Positions 29,601 through 38,600 of a stretch of DNA of 64,000 nucleotides are shown one piece after another (the first letter of the stretch is position 1; each line of letters starts with the position of its first letter). The DNA comes from an uncultured Gammaproteobacteria bacterium (GTDB lineage Bacteria > Patescibacteriota > Microgenomatia > UBA8517), in contig CAZRJH010000004.1 of the NCBI GenBank assembly GCA_964600575.1, positions 70,711 through 134,710 on the forward strand, in the 5' to 3' direction. The translations under genes and the position numbers were made by a program. The notes beneath the pieces are model-generated. The model worked only from the letters and a program-made list of their open reading frames with translations. It searched no databases and was not told the DNA's origin.

Positions 29601-32600
29601 CCAATGTTGAATGTGGTTGCAGCACCACCAAAGTTAATCGTTGTAGCTGTTGCGTTAAGGAGTGAGAAGCTGGTCTCATCAGTTGATATAGATGCTCCAT
29701 TAACAGCCAAGGAATTATTAACTGTTGTTGTACCTGTGGCTCCTCCAATTCCCAAAGTTGTTGCATTTGTAAATATATTTCCTGTAGTTTGAGATGTTGT
29801 TAAGTCACCTCCGTTAACTGCAACATCTCCGGCACAGGTTAGGTTGCCCGTGGCGTTTGCAATGGTACAACCTGTTGCAGCACTTCCACCTGCTATCTCT
29901 ACATCTCCGGCAGAAATGTTATTCAACTGCAAAGCGGAGGAATTTCCGGAATCGAGTCTTAAAATGCTTCCTGATTGAGAGTTGGATATTGAGTGGACAC
30001 CTGTTCCTGTAAAGGATATGCCGGCGGCATTGCCGGAAAATGTTTGACCGGTTGTACCTGCTGTTGAAATGTTCCCGGTTGAATCAACTGTGTAATAAGT
30101 TGCCCCTGCATTATCAAATCTTAAGAAATTTCCGCTAAAGTTACCTCCGCCTGTATTATCAAGATCTGCAAATATTGCATTACCCGAGAAAGCGTGTCCG
30201 TCTCCGCCACTTCCCAGTTTAACTAAATTACCCGTGGTTATTGCACTTGCTGTTGCCTCGAAAACATTACCTGTTGTTATTGTATTTGAGTTGAGTTTAA
30301 CAACACCGCCGTTTGTATTTTCTATACCAAAAGCTAGGAATTTGGCGGAGGATGTAGAGTTGCCTCCAACTACAACATCGTAGGTTTGGTTGGAAGGATA
30401 AAGTGTCTGATTCAAAAGTGCCCAATGACTTGCACCTGCAGGACAGTTGGCGCCACTGCTATCACAAACTGCAAATCCGTTTTGTGTAAATGCGTCTGCA
30501 TATATATTATCCCAGGGAAGTGAGCCGCTACCCAAATCGTTTGTTCCTGTTGTTCCTATCGGAATCAAATCGCTATCCTGCGCAACTCTGGCTGTAAATG
30601 TAATATTGTCCGTTATCGCGTCTCCAAGAGCAGTGTTACCGTTAACACTCAAGTCTCCGATTCCTGTTACATTTTGTCCGTTTCCTGTAACTGCTCCAAG
30701 AAGTGTAAATGCACCCAATCTTAATGTGCCCGCAGATGCCGTTATGTCATGACTGCCTGCCCCTGTTGCAAATGTTATATCTGAGTCGACTCCCGTGAGT
30801 GTTACACCTGTTGTTCCTGTTGTTGATATATTTCCGTTGGCATCAATTTGGAACGCGTCGCCGGTTCCGCCTGTCAGAGTTCCCGAAACATCCAAGTTTC
30901 CTGTTACATTTGTATTGTCTTGTAATTCAATTGTTCCTCCTGCATTCAAAATTACTTGGTCTGCAGATGTAAGAGTTATATCGTTACCTGCACCATTTGA
31001 TGTTAAGGAAGCTGTTGAGCCTTGTAATGTGATTGTTTGCCCTGTGACACCAACTGTAAGAGCGCCGCCCGGAGTTATGTTTAGCGCACCAGATGATGTA
31101 ATGTCACCGCCGTTTACTGCCAGGTCTCCCGAAGTAACAATGTTACCGGCCGAATTTACTGTCAAAACTGTTGCACCCGCATTATCAAATCTTAAGAAAT
31201 TACCCGTAAACGAACTTCCTCCTGTGTTGTCAAAATCCATGTAGATTCCATTACCTGTGAAGTTTCCGTTATCTCCACCTGTGCCCAATTTAACCAAGTT
31301 ACCCGAGGTTATAGCCGAAGCGGTTGCTTCAAAAACATTGCCTGTTGTTATTACAGTTGAATTTAGTTTGGCAATGTCACCGCCTGCAGTTTCTACACCA
31401 AATACCTGGAAAGCAGATCCTGTTGCAGTTCCTCCGATTGTTAGATCGTAAGTTGAATTGGCAGGGGAGATTATTTTGTTGTTTAACTGCCAGTAAAGCG
31501 AACCTGCAGGACAATTTGTTCCACTACTGTCACAAACTCCAAACCCGTTTTGAGTAAACGCATTTGCATATACATTGTCCCAAGGCAGGGAAGCACTACC
31601 CAAATCATTTGTTCCCGTTGTTGTTATGGGGAGTAAATCAACATCTTGAGCTACTCTTCCGGTGAATGTGATGCTGTCGGTTATCGCGTCTCCAAGAGTA
31701 GTATTACCGTTAACACTCAAGTCTCCGATTCCTGTCACATTTTGTCCGTTTCCTGTAACCGCTCCCAAAAGTGTGAACGCTCCCAGTCTGAGTGTTCCAG
31801 AAGATGCTGTTATGTCATGGTTTGATGTACCTGAGAATGTAAAATCAGCGTCGTTGCCACTTAAGGATATTCCGGTTGTTCCTGTTGAGCTGATATTGCC
31901 TGTTGAATCAACTTGGAATGCATTTGAGCCTCCGCTTGTCAGAGTTCCCGAAACATCCAAGTTCCCTGTGATGTTTGTGTTGTCTACTATTTCTACAGTT
32001 GTCCCTGCATCGAGAATTATTTGGTCGGCTGAAGTTAGCGATATGTCATTTCCTGCGCTGTTGGAAGTTATAGATATTGTCGAACCTTGCAGTGTTGCAG
32101 GTTGGGTTGTAACACCAGCTACCAAAGCTCCCGTTGGGGTAATATTCAAAGCACCTGTTGATGTAATATCGCCACCGTTTACTGCAACATCGCTTGCTAC
32201 TATGTTTCCGCTTGAATCAAAGTGGAAAGTTGTTCCACCCCCAACAGAAAAACCGTTTGAGTTTTGTAAGTATCCCGAAACTCCCGTAAGTGTATTGGAG
32301 TTGGGAAGTGTAAAGGTTCCTGTTGCGGTTAAGTTTGCTCCGTTTGCAGTTAATGCTGCCGACCCCCTGGAATTGATAACAACATTACCTGTAGAAGATC
32401 CTCCCAAGGTTAGGTCAGCCATATTTGTTGTTGCCAAATTTCCATTACCTGTTAAATAGGTTGCAACGTTGGCAACGGAACCTGATACGGATGCTGTTGG
32501 GGTTCCAGAGGCAACATTAATAAAGGCAAACTTTGCGGATGTTGTTGCGTTGGAACCTACTAAAAGGTCAACGGTATTGTTTACATTGTATAAAGCTCCA

Positions 32601-35600
32601 AGAGCTTGAGCCCAGTATCCTGCACCGGCGGGACAATTGTTTCCGCTTGCATCACAGACCGCGTTTCCGTTTTGGAACAAGTTGACTCCGTAAATGTTAT
32701 CCCAGGGGAGTGAACCACTTCCTAAATCATTTGTACCGGTTGTTGTTATGGGCAAAAGATCTGAATCCTGTGCAACTCTTCCTGTGAATGTAATGTTGTC
32801 AGTTATTGCGTTACCGATTGTTGAATCTCCATTAAGTGTAGTATTGCCATCTACACTCAAATCTCCGATACCTGTTACATTCTGATTGTTGCCTGTGATT
32901 GCCCCAATCAATGTAGTTGCACCCAGTCTCAATGTTCCAGAAGATGCTGTTATGTCATGGTTTGATGTACCGGAGAATGTAAAATCAGCGTCATTGCCAC
33001 TTAAGCTAATTCCTGTGGTTCCGGTTGAAGATATATTTCCTGTTGAGTCGATCTGGAATGCATTTGAACCTCCGCTTGTCAGAGTTCCCGAAACATCCAA
33101 GTTTCCTGTGATATTTGTATTGTCCTGAAGCTCAATTGTTGTTCCGGCATCAAATATTATCTGGTCGGCAGAAGTTAAGGTTATGTCGTTTCCGCCACCA
33201 TTTGAGGTAAGTGACAAAGTTGATCCCTGAAGTGTTGATGTTTGTCCTGTCGCTCCCACAACCAATGCACCACCCGGTGTGATATTTAGTGCCCCCGTTG
33301 ATGTAATATCGCCTCCGTTTACTGCAACATCACTTGCTACTATGTTTCCGCTTGAATCAAAGTGGAAAGTAGTTCCGCCGCCAACAGAATAACCGCCAGA
33401 AGTTTGGACATATCCGGAAACACCTGTCAAAGTATTGGAGTTGGGGAGTGTTAATGTTCCGCTTGCAGTTAGGTTGGCTGCGTTTGCAGTTAGCGCGGTT
33501 GACCCTCTTGAATTTATGACTACATTTCCCGTAGTGGCGCCACCCAATGTTAAATCAGCCATGTTTGTTGTGGCCAAGTTTCCGTTGCCTGTTAAGTAAG
33601 TGGCGACATTGGCAACAGACCCTGCTATTGTCGCGGTTGGTATACCTGCCGCAACATTTGTAAAGGCAAACTTTGCAGAGGCTGTTGCATTTCCACCGAT
33701 AAGCAAATCTGTTGAATTGTTTGTCGGATATAAAGCACCAAGGCTTTGATTCCAATAACCCGCTCCTGCAGGACAGTTGGCACCGCTTGCGTCACAGACT
33801 GCGTTGCCATTTTGTACAAACGCATTTGCATATACATTATCCCAAGGTAGGGAGGAACTTCCCAAATCATTTGTTCCCGTTGTCGTTATCGGGATTAAGT
33901 CACTATCCTGGGCAACTCTACCCGTAAATGTAATATTGTCCGTTATTGCGTTTCCGAATATCGAATCTCCGTTTAGGTTTGTGTTTCCTGTAACACCGAG
34001 AGCGTTATTGACGGTTGTTGTTCCGCTCCCTGCACCCAATCCCAAAGTTGTTGCATTCAAAAAGACATTGGCAGTTGTCTGATTTGTTGTTAGATCGCCT
34101 CCGTTAACCGCAACATCTCCTGCGGTTACAACATCACCTGTAGAATTAACTGTGAATAGGGTTGCCCCCGAATTATCAAATCTCAAAAAGTTTCCTGTGA
34201 AGTTACCTCCGCCTGTGTTATCAAGATCTGCAAAGATTGCGTTACCCGAGAAAGCATGTCCGTCTCCACCTGTTCCTAGCTTAACCAAATTACCCGAAGT
34301 GATAGCACTGGCTGTCGCCTCAAAAACATTACCCGTTGTTATTACTGTTGAGTTTAACTTTGCTATATCTCCGCCTGCGTTTTCTATACCAAACACCTGG
34401 AATGCGGAACCGGTTGCATTTCCTCCAACTGTCAAATCATAAGTTGAATTGGCAGGGGAGAGAATTTTGTTGGCAAGTTGCCACCAACCTTGGGTTCCGC
34501 TGGTTGCGGTAGAGGTTATGTTTCCACTACAAGTAAAGTTGCCTGTAGTTCCGTCGAGTGTACAACCTGTGTCTCCTGATCCGCCTGAAATAGCAACGCT
34601 TCCTGATGCTCCCGTGGGCCCAACATTCAAAGTTGTTGCGGCACTTGCAAAGTTAATTGTTGTAGCCGTTGAATTAACTAGATTAAAAGTTGTTTGATTT
34701 GTGGTTAAAGTTCCGCCGTTAACCGAAAGGGAGTTGTTAACTGTAGTTGTTCCGCTTCCTGCACCCAATCCCAAAGTTGTTGCATTTGTGAATAGGTTTG
34801 CAGTAGTTTGAGTGGTTGTTAGGTCACCTCCGTTAACTGCAACATCTCCGGCACAGGTTAAGTTACCAGTAGCGTTTGCGATTGTACAACCTGTTGCTGC
34901 ACTTCCGCCTGCGATTTCCACATCACCTGTAGAGGAGTTGTTAAGTTGCAAATTAGCAGAGTTTCCTGAATCAATTGTTAGAGCACTTGTTGAGTTTGAG
35001 TTGCTTATCGAGTGGGTGCCTGTGCCGCTGAATGTTAAGTCTGCACCTGCTCCGCTTTCTGTTATTCCTGTTGTTCCTTGGACTGTAAGGTTTCCCGCAA
35101 CAACAGTTGATGCATTGTTGATAGTTGTTGTCCCGCTTGCGTTCCCGATAGAAATTGTTGTTGCCGCACCTCCGACATTTAGAGTGGTTGCATTGGAGTT
35201 AAACAGATTCCCTGTAGATGCTGTGGTTGTTAGGTTGCCGCTATTGGCTGCAACATCTCCAGCTGCCACTACATTGCCGGATGCATCAACTGTAAATCTT
35301 GTAGTTGTTGCATTATCAAATCTTAAGAAATTACCCGTAAACGAACTTCCTCCTGTGTTGTCAAAATCCATGTAGATTCCATTACCTGTGAAGTTTCCGT
35401 TATCTCCGCCTGTTCCAAGTTTTACCAAGTTGCCTGAAGTTATGGCTGAGGCAGTTGCCTCAAAAACATTACCCGTTGTTATTACTGTTGAGTTTAACTT
35501 TGCTATGTCTCCGCCCGCGTTTTCTATTCCAAACACCTGGAAAGCAGAACCTGTTGCAGTCCCACCGATTGCTAAATCGTAAGAAGAAATCGAAGGGGAA

Positions 35601-38600
35601 ATTATTTTGTTATTTAACTGCCAATATGTTGCATTAACAGGGCAGTTAGCCCCGCTACTATCACAGACATTAAACCCATTTTGTACAAACGCATTTGCAT
35701 ATACATTATCCCAAGGTAGGGAGGAACTTCCCAAATCATTTGTTCCTGTTGTTGTTATCGGGATCAAGTCACTATCCTGGGCAACTCTGGCTGTAAAAGT
35801 TATAGCGTCTGTTATTGCATTACCAAGTGTTGTATCTGCGTTAACCTGGAGCGAATTTGCAACTGTTGTTGTTCCTGTTGCTGCCCCCAAAGATACTGTT
35901 GTTGCTGCACCTCCTATATTCAAAGTTGTGGCGTTGGAATTAAATAGTGTTGCAGTTCCTGTTGAAGTTGTTGTTAAGTCGGCCCCGTTTACCGCAACAT
36001 CACCTGCAAATGTGCCCGCGTTTGCATTTATGTTTCCGCTCCCGTCAAAGTAATATGTAGTGCCTCCACCCACAGAATATCCTGCAGATGATTGTAGGTA
36101 GTTGGCAACACCTGTAAGTGTTATGGAGTTGGGGAGATTGATTACTCCTGTTGTTGTAACATCGCCGTTTGAGCCAACAGTAAACCTGGTGCTACCGGCA
36201 TTGTCAAACTTTACAAAGTTACCCGTAAAGCTTCCTCCGCCTGTATTGTCAAAATCTGCATAAATTCCATTGCCTGTGAAGTTTTGATTTCCGCCTTCAC
36301 CAAGTTTTACTAAATTACCCGAGGTTATTGCACTTGCTGTTGCACTCAAAACATTGCCTGTTGTGATTTCGCTAGAAGTTAAACTGGCCACACTTCCGGA
36401 CGGTGTTTCTAATGCAAATGCCTGGAATTTTGCCGATGAGGTAGCGGTTCCTCCTACTGCCAGATCGTGGGTAATGTTGGCAGGGGAGAGAACTTTGTTT
36501 TGTAATTGCCAATAGTTCACTGATGAGCTTGCAGGACATCCTGTTCCTGTTATGTCACATACAGCATTTCCATTCTGGTAAAGATTTGTTCCATAAATAT
36601 TGGCCCATTGCAGGGAAGCGCTGCCCAAGTCGTAATTGTTGTTGGTTATCGGCAGCACGTTTGTATTAACTCTTCCGTTGAACGAGACTCCGTCGGTGGT
36701 TGCATCACCCAGAGTTGTATCACCTTTAATAAGAAGTGAATTATTTAGTGTTGTGGTGCCGCTTGTTGCACCAATATTTATCGTAGTTGCAGCACCCGCA
36801 AAGTTAAGTGTGGTTGTGGTTGCATTCAAGAGTGCAAAAGATGTTTCATCTGTTGTTATCGAAGCGCCGTTAACAGCCAAAGCATTGTTGACGGTTGTTG
36901 TTCCGCTCCCTGCACCCAACCCCAAAGTTGTTGCATTTGTGAATAGGTTTGCAGTAGTTTGAGTGGTTGTTAGGTCACCTCCGTTAACTGCAACATCTCC
37001 TGCGGCTATTACATTGCCAGAAGCGTCAACGCTGAACTGAGTTGCCCCCGCATTATCAAACTTTACAAAGTTACCTGTAAAGCTTCCTCCACCAGTGTTA
37101 TCAAAATCTGCATAAATTCCATTACCTGTGAAATTTTGATTTCCACCTTCTCCAAGTTTTATTAAATTACCCGAGGTTATAGCAGAAGCAGTTGCTTCAA
37201 AAACATTTCCCGAGGTTATAACGCTCGAAGTAATCTTGGCTAAATCTCCGGTTGCTTTTTCTACTCCAAATACTTGGAATGCCGAGCCTGTTGCGCTGCC
37301 TCCTATTGTCAAATCATAAGTTGTATTAGCAGGGGATAGAACTTTGTTTTGTAATTGCCACCAGCCTTGTGTACCCGAGGTTGCTAGCGAAACTATACTG
37401 CCGGAACAAGTAAAATTACCGTTACTGCCGTCTAATGTACAACCCGTGTCTCCCGATCCTCCCGAAAGTGTAACAACTCCTGCAGCACCGTTCGGCCCTA
37501 TGTTAAGTGTATTGGCTGCCCCCGCAAAATTAATTGTGGTTGCGTTTGTGTTAAAAAGTGTTGCGCTTGAAGCCGAAGTTGTTAAGTCGCCTCCGTTAAC
37601 TGCAACATCTCCGTTAAAAGTGCCGATATTTGCATTTAGATCACCGCTTGATGAAAAGTTGAATGTGTCGCTTCCGCCTACGGAAACTCCTTGGGAAAGT
37701 CTAAGAAAATTACTTACTCCTGTTACTGTGTTGGTGTTGGGAAAAGTGAGTGTACCCACAGTTGAAAGGTTTGCACCGTTTGCGGTGAGGGCTGCAAGTC
37801 CTCTTGAATTTATTGCTACATTACCTGCAGTTGAGCCGCCAAGGATAAGATCTGCCGCATTTGTGGTTGTTAAGTTTCCGTTACCGGTTAAGTAAGTTGC
37901 AACATTAGCAACCGAACCGGATATTGATGCCGTTGGAGTTCCGCCGTTTACTCCTGTAAATGCAAATTTGGCAGAGTCAGTTGCGTTTGATCCGATTAAT
38001 ACATCCACGGAATTGTTTTTGGGGAAGAGTGCGCCGTTACTTTGGGTCCAGAAAATAGAAGCAGCAGCTGCTGCTGAAGGGTCAACCCAACTTAATGTTC
38101 CGCTGCCGTCTGTTTGTAAAATATATCCAGAACTTTGTGATCCGGGCCAGGTGTATGGGATTCCGCCAAAAGTTGTCGTTCCACTTACCACTAAATTGTT
38201 ATTAACGGTTGTCGATCCTGTACCGGCACCTAGGCTTATTGTTGTTGCGCCGCCGCCGACGTTTAATGAAGTTACGCCGCTATTTACCAAGTTAAATGTT
38301 CCGCTTGTGGAAGTTATGTCACCACCATTAACCGCCAGATCACCGGCAGTTGTTGTATTACCGTTTGCAACATTAACGCTGAAGTTTGCACCACCTACGG
38401 TAAGATTTGCACCTGTTACATCGACCCCGTTTGTAGCATCTACATTTCCTGCGATAGTAACTTGGCCTGTTGAATTCAAACTTACGGCCCCTGTTCCGCT
38501 TGTGGAGAGGGTTAATCCTCCTGTTGCGATATCTGTATTTGCGTCGAGTGTCATATTGTCTTTGAACTGGGCAAAATCAAATGAGTCGTTGGCAACCGAA

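Noticed and set aside
30400-36750. Possible CRISPR array, suggested by regularly spaced near-identical repeats
   Set aside because: The repeats are hundreds of bp long and in frame, and they encode conserved protein modules. There are no short 25-40-bp direct repeats with unique spacers and no cas genes, so this is not a CRISPR locus.
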